This document shows positions 8,886 to 18,043 of a DNA stretch of 64,000 bases, one piece after another. The stretch is from Methanobacteriota archaeon (GTDB lineage Archaea > Thermoplasmatota > Poseidoniia > Poseidoniales > Thalassarchaeaceae): NCBI GenBank assembly GCA_011523055.1, contig WTHQ01000037.1, forward strand, positions 3,210 to 67,209, written 5' to 3'. Every line of letters begins with the position of its first letter. Positions within the stretch are counted from its first letter, which is position 1. A program made the translations under genes and the position numbers. The notes under the pieces are model-generated. The model worked only from the letters and a program-made list of their open reading frames with translations, ran no database searches and was not told the origin of the DNA.

Positions 8886-10343
8886 CTATCTTCTGTAGTT
8901 CGGAGCTTCACGGGTGATCTCGACGTCGTGTACGTGAGACTCTGATAGACCCGCGTTGGTGATCTTCACAAATGAGCAATTTTCCCTCATGGAGCTGATC
9001 GTCGAGTTCCCTGTGTAGCCCATTGCGGACCTCAATCCTCCTAGAAGCTGGTAGAGAACATCGTCCACAGGCCCCCTTGCTGGAACTCTTCCTTCGATAC
9101 CCTCCGGGACGTACTTTTGGGTGTCCCCCTGCTCGGATTGGAAATATCTGTCATGGGCGCCGTCTGACATGGCACCAACTGACCCCATTCCACGGTAGAC
9201 CTTGTACGACCTGCCTTGGTAGAGAATGGTCTGACCCGGTGCCTCATTTGTCCCTGCAAGAAGCGACCCAATCATGACGCAGTTGGCACCCGCTGCTATT
9301 GCTTTGGCAATGTCCCCACTAAATTTGATCCCACCATCAGCAATGACGGGTATGTCCCGCTCTCTGCATTCCTCAACTGCGTTGATTACCGCAGTCATCT
9401 GAGGGACCCCGACGCCTGACACGATGCGTGTTGTACAGATCGAGCCCGGGCCTATGCCCACCTTTATGCCATCTGCACCAGCGTCAATCAGAGCCTTTGC
9501 AGCGGCTCCTGTCGCCACATTTCCAGCAATGATATCGACATTATTACCCAGTAATTTCTTGATTTTCGCAACGGTTTGTATTACCCCGGACGAGTGCCCG
9601 TGAGCAGTATCGACGACAATGGCATCGGCCCCAGCTTCATGGAGGGACAAGGCTCTTTCTACCCCCTTGGAGCCAGTGCCAGTAGCAGCTGCGACTCGAA
9701 GCCTCCCCCTGTCGTCCTTGCAAGAATCTGGGTGATCGAGATTCCTCTCAATGTCTCTAACGGTCATCAAGCCGACGCATTTCTCACCATCCACAACGAG
9801 GAGTTTCTCTATTCGGTGCTTGTGCATCAGCCTCATGGCCTCATCTGGGTCGACGTCTAATGGCACAGTGACCAGATCCCTTGTCATGAGAGAGCCGACT
9901 TTCTCGGAGTGGTCTTGGACGAATCTGATGTCCCGATTTGTGATAATTCCAACTAACTTATTTTTCTCGAGGACTGGTAAGCCAGAGAATCCATACTCAT
10001 TCTTTAGGTTCAACAGATCTCCGATCGAGGTTTCTGGAGTAGTTGTAACCGGGTCGATTACCATGCCGGCCTCGAACCTCTTCACTCTGGAGACATTCTC
10101 GCATTGCCTTTCAACCGGCATGTTTCGATGAATTACCCCTATTCCACCGGCTTGGGCCAGGGCTATCGCCATCTCTGATTCTGTGACAGTGTCCATCGCT
10201 GCGGAGATGATGGGAATATTCAATCCGATATTCTTGCTGAGGCGTGACGATAATTGGACTTCGGCAGGCAATACTGAGCTACTTGCAGGCAATAGTAGGA
10301 CGTCGTCGAAGGTCAGGGCCTCGGTAATCGTGGGAGCTGCCAT
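8886..10343 (-). CDS. guaB: Inosine-5'-monophosphate dehydrogenase
   Basis: TIM-barrel IMPDH with an inserted CBS pair. Catalytic loop [20 protein letters not shown] and [13 protein letters not shown] motifs. 485 aa. Confidence 0.95.
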   Translation of the reverse strand: MAAPTITEALTFDDVLLLPASSSVLPAEVQLSSRLSKNIGLNIPIISAAMDTVTESEMAIALAQAGGIGVIHRNMPVERQCENVSRVKRFEAGMVIDPVTTTPETSIGDLLNLKNEYGFSGLPVLEKNKLVGIITNRDIRFVQDHSEKVGSLMTRDLVTVPLDVDPDEAMRLMHKHRIEKLLVVDGEKCVGLMTVRDIERNLDHPDSCKDDRGRLRVAAATGTGSKGVERALSLHEAGADAIVVDTAHGHSSGVIQTVAKIKKLLGNNVDIIAGNVATGAAAKALIDAGADGIKVGIGPGSICTTRIVSGVGVPQMTAVINAVEECRERDIPVIADGGIKFSGDIAKAIAAGANCVMIGSLLAGTNEAPGQTILYQGRSYKVYRGMGSVGAMSDGAHDRYFQSEQGDTQKYVPEGIEGRVPARGPVDDVLYQLLGGLRSAMGYTGNSTISSMRENCSFVKITNAGLSESHVHDVEITREAPNYRR

Positions 10344-10450
10344 TGCGGATCTCCAATGCCGGACCTAAATCAACCATTCGTGTAGTTGACATCGATAACT
10401 CACACCACGATAGGCATTCATTAACTTTGAATTCAAGAAACTGGCTGGTT

Positions 10451-11095
10451 ATGACCGTCCAGCCAGCATCGCCCAACTTGTTTTGGCTTAGGGGCACCTC
10501 TATATTCATGTCGTTGATGTTCCTTTTTTCCCTTGCTACAATTGCAAGCTCAGTCGTTACGCCCGTGATCGTGGAAACCTATTGGCCGGGGGAGTGGAGC
10601 GAAATAGCTGGGGATTACCCTGAGAACGGAACTACAAACGAACAGGATGAGTGGGTTGAGGGCAAGCGGTTCTGGAATGAGTCAGTGGATTATTGGGAAG
10701 CCTTGGTTGATTCGGGGCTATTCGAGATCTCTGCAGGATTTGGGTTCATCATGGCCTTGATTTCAGCTGCGTCTGTACCGGTTCTCTGGTCTGGTGATCG
10801 GAATCTCGGGCTCAGATTATGCCTCTCTTGGGTCGTTGTCCTCATGATCAGCCAGATACTGACAACGATGCTCTACTATGAAGTGGGATTCATCCCGGAA
10901 TATTCAGAGTTTGAGCTCAATGGGGAGCTCAAATGGATGAACTATGTTGAGAAGGTTGGGTTGACTTTCTCTATGGCCCAGATATTGATTTGCAATTCTT
11001 GTCTGTTTGCTTGTATTTTTGTTGTTGCAGCGCGCTCAAAGCCCCCGAAGAATGGTTTTGACTTGGAATCGGGATTCCACCGTTCAGAGGGATAA
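10451..11095 (+). CDS. Hypothetical polytopic membrane protein
   Basis: The ORF-track ORF 10343..11095 starts on the same nucleotide as divergent guaB, which leaves no promoter space. An internal Met at 10451 (MTVQPASPNLFW) or 10508 is more plausible. Four or five hydrophobic helices and no known motif. Confidence 0.45.
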   Translation: MTVQPASPNLFWLRGTSIFMSLMFLFSLATIASSVVTPVIVETYWPGEWSEIAGDYPENGTTNEQDEWVEGKRFWNESVDYWEALVDSGLFEISAGFGFIMALISAASVPVLWSGDRNLGLRLCLSWVVVLMISQILTTMLYYEVGFIPEYSEFELNGELKWMNYVEKVGLTFSMAQILICNSCLFACIFVVAARSKPPKNGFDLESGFHRSEG

Positions 11096-11121
11096 AAAGC
11101 CTCCAGTATCTGGTAATCTAC

Positions 11122-11457
11122 ATGCCCTCACTAGTAGATGGAATGCACGTGGTGAACACAGAGACCATTCCTGGATTCGTAATCAAGGACCAATTGGGTG
11201 TTGTGTCAGGATCCACAGTACGAGCAAAAAACGTAGTTCGAGACATCTCCCAGATGCTGAAGAACATAGTTGGCGGGGAACTGCATCAATACACGAATTT
11301 GTTGAATGAGTCTCGTAATGAGGCTTTTTCGAGAATGTTGGAGGATGCGAAGGCACGTGGAGCAAATGGGGTTGTGAATCTCAGGTTTGCCACCTCTGCT
11401 GTATCCCCCGGAGCAGCGGAGCTTTTCTGCTATGGAACAGCAGTCCTCGTAGAGTAG
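11122..11457 (+). CDS. YbjQ/UPF0145 (DUF74) family protein
   Basis: 111 aa. Family pattern ...GFVIKDQLGVVSGSTVRAKNVVRDI....IVGGE...Y..LL.ESR.EA...LEDAKARGANGVVNLRF.T....GAAELFCYGTAV matches the YbjQ fold. Confidence 0.75.
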   Translation: MPSLVDGMHVVNTETIPGFVIKDQLGVVSGSTVRAKNVVRDISQMLKNIVGGELHQYTNLLNESRNEAFSRMLEDAKARGANGVVNLRFATSAVSPGAAELFCYGTAVLVE

Positions 11458-11470
11458 TTGGAGTGTTGGA

Positions 11471-12019
11471 TTGATGGAAGTCAGCCCCTATCTCCTGCTT
11501 CTCATACCCTTGATTCCACTAATCCTATGGGTGGCGTTTTGGACTATTGCCTATCCAGTGATGTTTCTTTATGGTGCGATAACTTCATCCAGCAGCAAGA
11601 GGCGATGGCGAAAAGACGTCCTAAGAAGGGAAAGAGGCACTATGGAGAAGGTAGGGCGGGATACATTGTCAATGGACAAGATCAGGATTCCCTTGGGTGC
11701 TACCGAATCAGAGGTGATCTGGGCTAGCATTGTCATCGGACCAAGCCACTGGCAACAACTAATCGGCTCATTGTACAACATAATAGGAGGCTCAGTCGAC
11801 GTATACAGGGACATCATCGCAATCGGCAGGTCAGAGGTTCTCCAGAGACTGAGGGAAATCGCCGAGGAGAAGGGATTTGACAATGTCGTGGCTGTTAGGC
11901 TGGACACCAGCATGATTGGTACCTTTCGATCTCAGGGCAAGGGATCGAAGGGGATTGAGATCTTTGCCTATGGAACTGGCGTGAAAACTGAGGTTCCAAG
12001 CTCGTTTATTGTACAATAG
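11471..12019 (+). CDS. Membrane-anchored YbjQ/UPF0145 paralog (N-terminal TM helix plus DUF74 domain)
   Basis: N-terminus LLLLIPLIPLILWVAFWTIAYPVMFLYGAI is a TM helix. The C-terminal half repeats YbjQ hallmarks (IIGGSVDVY, GFDNVVAVRLDTS, FAYGTGVK). Starts 13 nt after the first paralog. Confidence 0.7.
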   Translation: MMEVSPYLLLLIPLIPLILWVAFWTIAYPVMFLYGAITSSSSKRRWRKDVLRRERGTMEKVGRDTLSMDKIRIPLGATESEVIWASIVIGPSHWQQLIGSLYNIIGGSVDVYRDIIAIGRSEVLQRLREIAEEKGFDNVVAVRLDTSMIGTFRSQGKGSKGIEIFAYGTGVKTEVPSSFIVQ

Positions 12020-12085
12020 CCGCATTAATGTCCGACTAGGATTAAGGAATGATTCAAGTCAAATGGATTTGAGGGGGCTCCAGAG

Positions 12086-13111
12086 ATGGATACAGGGCCA
12101 GTGACAAAAATTGAGCCAGAGATCGCTGCTAGACTTGCAAAGCAGCGCTATCATCTGGTTGGGGATCATGGTGGTGTGAAGGTGTGCCATTGGACCAAGC
12201 AATCACTGATTGCAGATAGGTCCTGTTACAAGGGTACCTTCTATGGCATCGAGAGTCATGGTTGCATGCAGATGGCGCCCAATGTGGATACCTGCAACCT
12301 AGGTTGCACATACTGCTGGAGAGAGCCCCACTCTGACACACTGAACAAGATAGATGACGACCCCTACGACCTTTACCTTCAAAGCGTCAAAGCACACAGA
12401 AGGTTGTTAACGGGTTATGGGGGAAATCCCAAGGCAGACAGGGAAAAGTGGCTGGAAGCGCAGAATCCGAAGCACGTTGCGATCTCCTTGAACGGAGAGC
12501 CGACCTTGTACTCAAGGCTAGGCGAGTTTCTGGATATTTGTCATCAGCATGGCACTAGCACCTTCTTAGTGACAAATGGCAGCCTCCCGAAGGTCATTGA
12601 AAATCTAGATCCGCTTCCGACCCAGCTGTACGTAAGTGTTGATGCTCCCAACAAGGATGTTTTTGACAGGCTCTGCAAGCCGAAGTTTGACCAAGCTGCA
12701 TTCCACAAACTGGAGGAGACTCTGGAAATTCTTCCGTCATTAGATACGAGGACTGTTTGCAGACATACCCTCATCAAAGGTGAGTCCCTAGGTTATCATC
12801 GTGAATATGCCAGATTGGACAATCTAGCAGATCCTGACTTCATCGAGGCCAAGGGGTATGTCTTCGTTGGGAACAGTAGGAACAACCTCAGTATCGAAAA
12901 CATGCCCAGCCATGAAGATGTGATGAGGTTCTCCGAGGACCTAGCTCCACTCGTGGGGAGGAAAGTCCTCTCCGAACGAAGGGAAAGTAGGGTGGCTCTG
13001 ATCGGAAGAGAGATGATGCCGGTCGAACTGCCTGAGAAAACCCGTGATCTGCCGACTGATCTCGGCATAGCCAAGCCCCAGAGGTTCAATCTTCCAGTGA
13101 CGCTCGATTAG
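12086..13111 (+). CDS. taw1: tRNA 4-demethylwyosine synthase Taw1/TYW1 (radical SAM)
   Basis: N-terminal pattern QRYHLVGDHGGVKVCHW..CYKGTFYGIESHGCMQMAPNVDTCNLGCTYCWR is the Taw1 signature, with the CxxxCxxC radical-SAM cluster and an upstream second Cys cluster. 341 aa. Confidence 0.8.
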   Translation: MDTGPVTKIEPEIAARLAKQRYHLVGDHGGVKVCHWTKQSLIADRSCYKGTFYGIESHGCMQMAPNVDTCNLGCTYCWREPHSDTLNKIDDDPYDLYLQSVKAHRRLLTGYGGNPKADREKWLEAQNPKHVAISLNGEPTLYSRLGEFLDICHQHGTSTFLVTNGSLPKVIENLDPLPTQLYVSVDAPNKDVFDRLCKPKFDQAAFHKLEETLEILPSLDTRTVCRHTLIKGESLGYHREYARLDNLADPDFIEAKGYVFVGNSRNNLSIENMPSHEDVMRFSEDLAPLVGRKVLSERRESRVALIGREMMPVELPEKTRDLPTDLGIAKPQRFNLPVTLD

Positions 13112-14118
13112 GGTTCAGAGTTGATTACCATGGGCCTTGATGAGCCACAAGATGGGCACTCTTGCGAATTATCATCATAGATGTGCTTGCAGGCTGGGCA
13201 CACGCCTGCGAGCACGAGGGACCCCCTCTCCCCGTAATCCTCAAGTTCCCCTCTGTCCGATCTGGTAAGGTTCAGTATCTGCTCCTCGTCATCAACTTCC
13301 ATCTCAAATTTTCCAGGTCCACCTAGCTGAGTTAGGACCTCAGGGGGGAGAGTCATGGTTCCTGTCTCGTCAATTATTAGTTCTCGGGTGCTACTCAGGT
13401 CGGAGATGTCGACATCATTCCCATGTTGCGCAATGAACCTCCCCTCCCTCAACTCAAGTGATCGGTCCGCAAATGATGCTACCTCCCTGCTGTGGGTAAC
13501 AAGGAGGAATGCTACCTCTTCCTCCTGGTGTAACTTGGCGAACAAAGACAGTACCTCGCGGCTTGTTATGGGGTCCAGGGCCCCAGTCGGCTCGTCTGCG
13601 AGTATGAGCTTCGGATTCGTTATCAGTGCCCTTGCTATGGCGACCCTCTGTTGTTCTCCGCCGGATAGTTGAGCAGGCATTCCCCTGGACCTGCCGGCCA
13701 TGCCAAGCCTTTCCAAGAGAGCTTCGGCCTTCTTCCTGGCGTTGGCGGCACTGGTTCCCTGGTGCCTCAATGGCTGGGCTACATTGTCCAGGGCGTTCAT
13801 GTCCGGGAGTAAGTTGGCGTCTTGAAAGATGAATGATACAGTATCCTGACGCAGTTCAACGAGCTCGGCGCCTGTTAGCCTGTTTATCTGCCTACCCTGA
13901 AATGCCACGTTTCCAGCGCTGGGCTTCATTAGGCCACCAAGGCACTTGAGCAACGTGGATTTCCCCGACCCTGATGGGCCAACGACCGCAACGGCCTCGC
14001 CTGGCCGGACTTTCACATGCAGCCCTCGCAGCGCCACAACGTTCCCATCCAATGCGGATGATTCGTATACGTGGTACAACCCCTCTGCTTCGAGAATAAG
14101 ATTCTGGTTCATTTTCAC
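13108..14118 (-). CDS. ABC transporter ATP-binding protein (MacB/LolD-like) with a C-terminal about 100 aa extension ending in a CxxC...CxxC zinc ribbon
   Basis: Walker A GPSGSGKST. ABC signature LSGGEQQRVAIARAL. Walker B LILADEPTGALD. C-terminus CPACKHIYDDNSQECPSCGS. Start ATGA overlaps the permease stop. Confidence 0.9.
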   Translation of the reverse strand: MKMNQNLILEAEGLYHVYESSALDGNVVALRGLHVKVRPGEAVAVVGPSGSGKSTLLKCLGGLMKPSAGNVAFQGRQINRLTGAELVELRQDTVSFIFQDANLLPDMNALDNVAQPLRHQGTSAANARKKAEALLERLGMAGRSRGMPAQLSGGEQQRVAIARALITNPKLILADEPTGALDPITSREVLSLFAKLHQEEEVAFLLVTHSREVASFADRSLELREGRFIAQHGNDVDISDLSSTRELIIDETGTMTLPPEVLTQLGGPGKFEMEVDDEEQILNLTRSDRGELEDYGERGSLVLAGVCPACKHIYDDNSQECPSCGSSRPMVINSEP

Positions 14119-17100
14119 TCACCCTTCAACACTACTGCAAGATCCGAATTTAAAGCACGCCTGGTGACGAGTAGCAGCGCCGCAATCACGCTTACCAAGA
14201 CGATGGCATTCACGACAGCCAGCTCCATCCATGGCCAGACCAATGTCCGATCGACGACAGCCTGGGACCCCAGGAAGATCTGGAAGAGGAAGCCGAAGAT
14301 AGCGAAGAAACCATTGAACGACTGGGCGATTCCGAGGCCCAACAGAATCCCCAGACCCATGCTCATTCCGACGATGGCTAGAATCTCGAAGAGGACCAAC
14401 CTGATTATCTGCGAGGGGCTCGCGCCGATGGCCTGGAGAATTGCTAGCTCTTTCTTTCTCTGGGTCAACACGAGGGAAAGAAATACGAATGCAGAAGCTA
14501 CGGACGCCATCGAGGCTACTACGAACTGGAGGCTGAGTAGGCCTTGGGTGCCGAAGATCAGGCCACCATTCCTCTCGACGTCGGAGTGTGCGGTGTTCCA
14601 ATCCAGTGCGAGGCTCACACCCTCTACGTTCAGGAGCTCAGCACTCAGCCTTTCTAAGCCTAGTTTACAATCGTCGTCGGTTTGATCGCACACCTCAAAG
14701 AACCATCTTGGAGACGTGTATGCGTCCACGGTCGAATTGCCCGCGAGCTCCCTGTATGTCGACTCCCCGATCAATACAGCTTGGGTGGACTCAGATCCGG
14801 TCATCCCCGGGATCCACTCGTGCCTGCCTTCGTAGTCGAGGTTCGTCGAGGTGTACGTCGTGGATATCTCAAAGCCCGTCTCTGTGATGATCGGAGTGAA
14901 GGTTGGTAGGAAAATTTCTACAGTGCCATCCTCGATGTTGAAGAAGTCTGCAGCATTCTCGCCGATAGTGACCTTGGATGTCTGGAAATCTCTGATTGGA
15001 GAGGCTTGGTTATCCCAGATTAGCGTGTCTTCATGGCCCTTGAACAGGACCAGAGCAGGCACGAGCCCCCCGCCTTCTTGGGCCGTGACGAATGTCGACC
15101 CCACAGATGTCATCGAGCGTATCGCATCTACTGCGCTGTTGTCCAGCGAGGTCATGGCCGAATTTACCCTCTGTCGCGCGACATCCTCCGAGACAGGGGC
15201 CTCGAATTGGACCTGCAAATCGGCCCCGACCTGCGCTGAGGCTGTTCTCTCATCGACCAGGGTGCCTGTGTACCCTTGGACAGCGGCCAGCGTTACGATT
15301 GAGAGTGTCAAAAGCAGGATGACTGCCAGTCTGTTGACTGATTCGTTGGATCCGGATGACCTCAATCCTCTCCTGATGTCCGACATGGCTGGTGTCCACC
15401 CGACGATTTTCAGAACTATGCGCGGAGCAGCGCCTCCTATTCTACCCAAAACCAAAGCCCCACCGATCCACAGGGCAAAGGGCCCGAATAATGCAAGAAG
15501 TGAGTCCACGAAGAATCCAGAAATTATCCCTGAGGCGCCCCATGGCCCCCAACCTCCAGCAGTTTCTATGTAGCTTTCAATCGCCGCGAGGAGCCCTACT
15601 CCGAATGCGAGGAGTTGGAGCCATGTCCTTGGCTTCCTCGAGGTTCTGACCTTCCTTACGCCTTCGTCGATTTCCATTTCTAGGAAATCCTTCGTTCTAC
15701 CTCTTGCGACTAGGTATGCAATTCCGACGGTAAGGAAGAAGACGGATATGGTGTATCCAAGGCCCAAGGTTGGATCTACGTCCAGATCCCCTTTCTCAAA
15801 TGACATGAATCCAACTGCATCAAGAATCAGTGGGACTGAAAGTAGTGCTGCGACGTATCCAAGTATCCAACCTGCTATGGAGATAGCAGCTAGTTCCCTT
15901 AGCACCATGCCTCGCAAGCCTCGCTCCGTTCCGCCTATCACTCTGTGAATGGAAATCTCGCGCTTCCTCTGCTCGAGTGATAATATCAGACCATAAATGA
16001 GTACTGCGAACGATAGTATTACGATTGGAATCATGAGTATGTAGTCGAAGACTTGCACTAGGCCAAGGAATATCCTCAGAAAGACGATGGTGCCGGAAAT
16101 CAGGTCATTGTACTCGATTTTAATCTCGTTGTCTGGACCATAGCCCTCTGCCTCCAACGACTTCCTGTTTGCGTCAAGCCAATCGGCTGCGTCGTCTGTT
16201 GATGAAGTGGGAAGGAGGTTCCTGTCAATGGCGATTCCCAAGTATGCATGGTCGTTGACCACGAGGGTCGTTTTGTTTGATTCAGACAGGGCTGAATCCC
16301 CAACAATGACGGGATTGAACAGAAGGGTAGGGTTAGTGAAAGGCCACTCCTCGTAAACTGCTACGATTGTCAGGTCCCTCAGAGTCATAGTCACCGTGCA
16401 AAATTGGTAAACTCCAGCATCGAGGTCCCTCGTGATAATTTGCCCATCACACTCCTTGATTTCGCTACCAATTACCTGTGCGTCTGTGACATAGGTGAAG
16501 TTCAGTGAGTCTATGGTATCATTGACCCTTACCCCCGCCTGACTTGCAATCTTGCTGGGGAGTATTACCGGATTGATACCAGGCTGGTCGCTACTTGGCC
16601 AGGATCCGTAGACAACGCGTTTGGAATATCTCTCTGCCAGTTCGCCATCGTAGTGCGATGGGTCGACGATCCTCATGATTCTGTCACCATTGATGGACGG
16701 ACCGTTTTCCAGTGCCTCAGGATAGTCCCAAGAAACATTGTCCCAGTTTCCGGTCGGTCCGGAGACCTCAACCACATTGAGCGGTTGTGGTAGGGCAAAA
16801 CCCTCGTCGAAGAACCCCGAGAGTCGAAGGCCTTGTCTTCCGTAGACAAGCCCGCAATCGATTATCTCGGCACGGTCAAGGAGTTCATCACATACTGATC
16901 CCCATGTGACTGAGTCGTTCGTCCGAGTCGTCCAGTCTGTTTGGCTCGAGAAATCGACCTTCGCATCGTAGACCTCATCATTCAGAGAGTCTTGGAGCGC
17001 CCCTTGCGACAACCCAACGCCATATGCGAACACTGTGGTTATGACGAGCGAGGCAAGGAATACTCCAGCGAATATCGCCAGCCCCCTCTCCCTTCCCAAC

Positions 17101-17183
17101 CAAGCGCTCCTTACGGCGGAAGTGAAGTTAGGAGGTATGTCTGAAATCTGATCAGTTAGAGACCTCTTGCCTTTTGATTTCAT
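14115..17183 (-). CDS. Large ABC permease with two FtsX/MacB-type four-helix modules and two large extracytoplasmic domains (1022 aa)
   Basis: N-terminal TM helix, an about 330 aa external domain, FtsX-like TM bundle 1 (residues about 380-500), a second about 250 aa external domain, and a C-terminal FtsX-like bundle (LAILQAIGASPSQIIRLVLFE...). Overlaps both ATPase genes by 4 nt. Confidence 0.85.
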   Translation of the reverse strand: MKSKGKRSLTDQISDIPPNFTSAVRSAWLGRERGLAIFAGVFLASLVITTVFAYGVGLSQGALQDSLNDEVYDAKVDFSSQTDWTTRTNDSVTWGSVCDELLDRAEIIDCGLVYGRQGLRLSGFFDEGFALPQPLNVVEVSGPTGNWDNVSWDYPEALENGPSINGDRIMRIVDPSHYDGELAERYSKRVVYGSWPSSDQPGINPVILPSKIASQAGVRVNDTIDSLNFTYVTDAQVIGSEIKECDGQIITRDLDAGVYQFCTVTMTLRDLTIVAVYEEWPFTNPTLLFNPVIVGDSALSESNKTTLVVNDHAYLGIAIDRNLLPTSSTDDAADWLDANRKSLEAEGYGPDNEIKIEYNDLISGTIVFLRIFLGLVQVFDYILMIPIVILSFAVLIYGLILSLEQRKREISIHRVIGGTERGLRGMVLRELAAISIAGWILGYVAALLSVPLILDAVGFMSFEKGDLDVDPTLGLGYTISVFFLTVGIAYLVARGRTKDFLEMEIDEGVRKVRTSRKPRTWLQLLAFGVGLLAAIESYIETAGGWGPWGASGIISGFFVDSLLALFGPFALWIGGALVLGRIGGAAPRIVLKIVGWTPAMSDIRRGLRSSGSNESVNRLAVILLLTLSIVTLAAVQGYTGTLVDERTASAQVGADLQVQFEAPVSEDVARQRVNSAMTSLDNSAVDAIRSMTSVGSTFVTAQEGGGLVPALVLFKGHEDTLIWDNQASPIRDFQTSKVTIGENAADFFNIEDGTVEIFLPTFTPIITETGFEISTTYTSTNLDYEGRHEWIPGMTGSESTQAVLIGESTYRELAGNSTVDAYTSPRWFFEVCDQTDDDCKLGLERLSAELLNVEGVSLALDWNTAHSDVERNGGLIFGTQGLLSLQFVVASMASVASAFVFLSLVLTQRKKELAILQAIGASPSQIIRLVLFEILAIVGMSMGLGILLGLGIAQSFNGFFAIFGFLFQIFLGSQAVVDRTLVWPWMELAVVNAIVLVSVIAALLLVTRRALNSDLAVVLKGE

Positions 17184-17911
17184 TCCGCATCCCCCGTAGT
17201 TTCTCCCCAGGCTGATCGAATATCCGAAGCTGCAGTCTTTCCGTCCCTCATCAAGAGCATTCGGTCAGCCTTCGATGCCAAAATTGGATCATGAGTAACC
17301 ATCAGTACGGAAATTGGATCGTTTGGATCTGCGCAGAGTTCCTTGAATAGCGAGATTATTGATTCACCCGCCTTGACGTCGAGATTGCCAGTTGGCTCAT
17401 CTGCCAGCAGGAGTGGCCTTGATCCAGCAATGGCTCTGGCGACTGCGACCCTTTGCTGCTGGCCGCCCGATAGCTCATTGGGCATGAAATTCATCCTATC
17501 GGCAAGTTCGACTCTCTCCATTGCGGACTTGGCTCTTGTTTCTGCCTCCCGTGCTTCGACTCCTGCCAGTTCGAGGGATAGAATCACATTCTCTACGGAT
17601 GAAATGTGATTCAATAGGTGGAAATCCTGGAATATCCATCCGACTCCTTTTCTCCTGACGTCAATCACTTGGTTAGGGGCCTTTGTCCCATACGCCATAG
17701 GTGGCTTTGATTCAATTTTTATGGATCCTTGGTCCGCTCTCAATAGGCCTCCAATGATGTTGAGCAGCGTTGATTTCCCACAACCTGAGGGGCCCATTAG
17801 TGCGACAAGTTCCCCTTTCCTTAACGAAAGATCCACTCCCTTTAGGACCTCGAGCCTGTTTGACCCGGAACCAAAGCCCTTCTTCAGACCAGATACCTCA
17901 AGCATAGACAA
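17180..17911 (-). CDS. ABC transporter ATP-binding protein (MacB/LolD-like), the second ATPase of the operon
   Basis: GPSGCGKSTLL Walker A. LSGGQQQRVAVARAI signature. LLLADEPTGNLD Walker B. 243 aa. Confidence 0.9.
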   Translation of the reverse strand: MSMLEVSGLKKGFGSGSNRLEVLKGVDLSLRKGELVALMGPSGCGKSTLLNIIGGLLRADQGSIKIESKPPMAYGTKAPNQVIDVRRKGVGWIFQDFHLLNHISSVENVILSLELAGVEAREAETRAKSAMERVELADRMNFMPNELSGGQQQRVAVARAIAGSRPLLLADEPTGNLDVKAGESIISLFKELCADPNDPISVLMVTHDPILASKADRMLLMRDGKTAASDIRSAWGETTGDAE

Positions 17912-18043
17912 CCGGTCATTCCATTATCTTATCATGTTTCGTTTGGGGGGGGTGTTCATTCCCATTTGTGACGCTGAAGGTGAGTACGAAACTAGAGATT
18001 CTTGAAGTCCTGACCCCTCCTCCGCATACTCGGAGAGGGTTGA

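Noticed and set aside
14071-15649. Multiple plus-strand ORFs (14071..14685, 14851..15573 and others) across the ABC permease gene
   Set aside because: They are antisense to a 1022-codon permease ORF with clear FtsX topology. Their translations are Pro/Arg/Ser-rich, typical of antisense frames.
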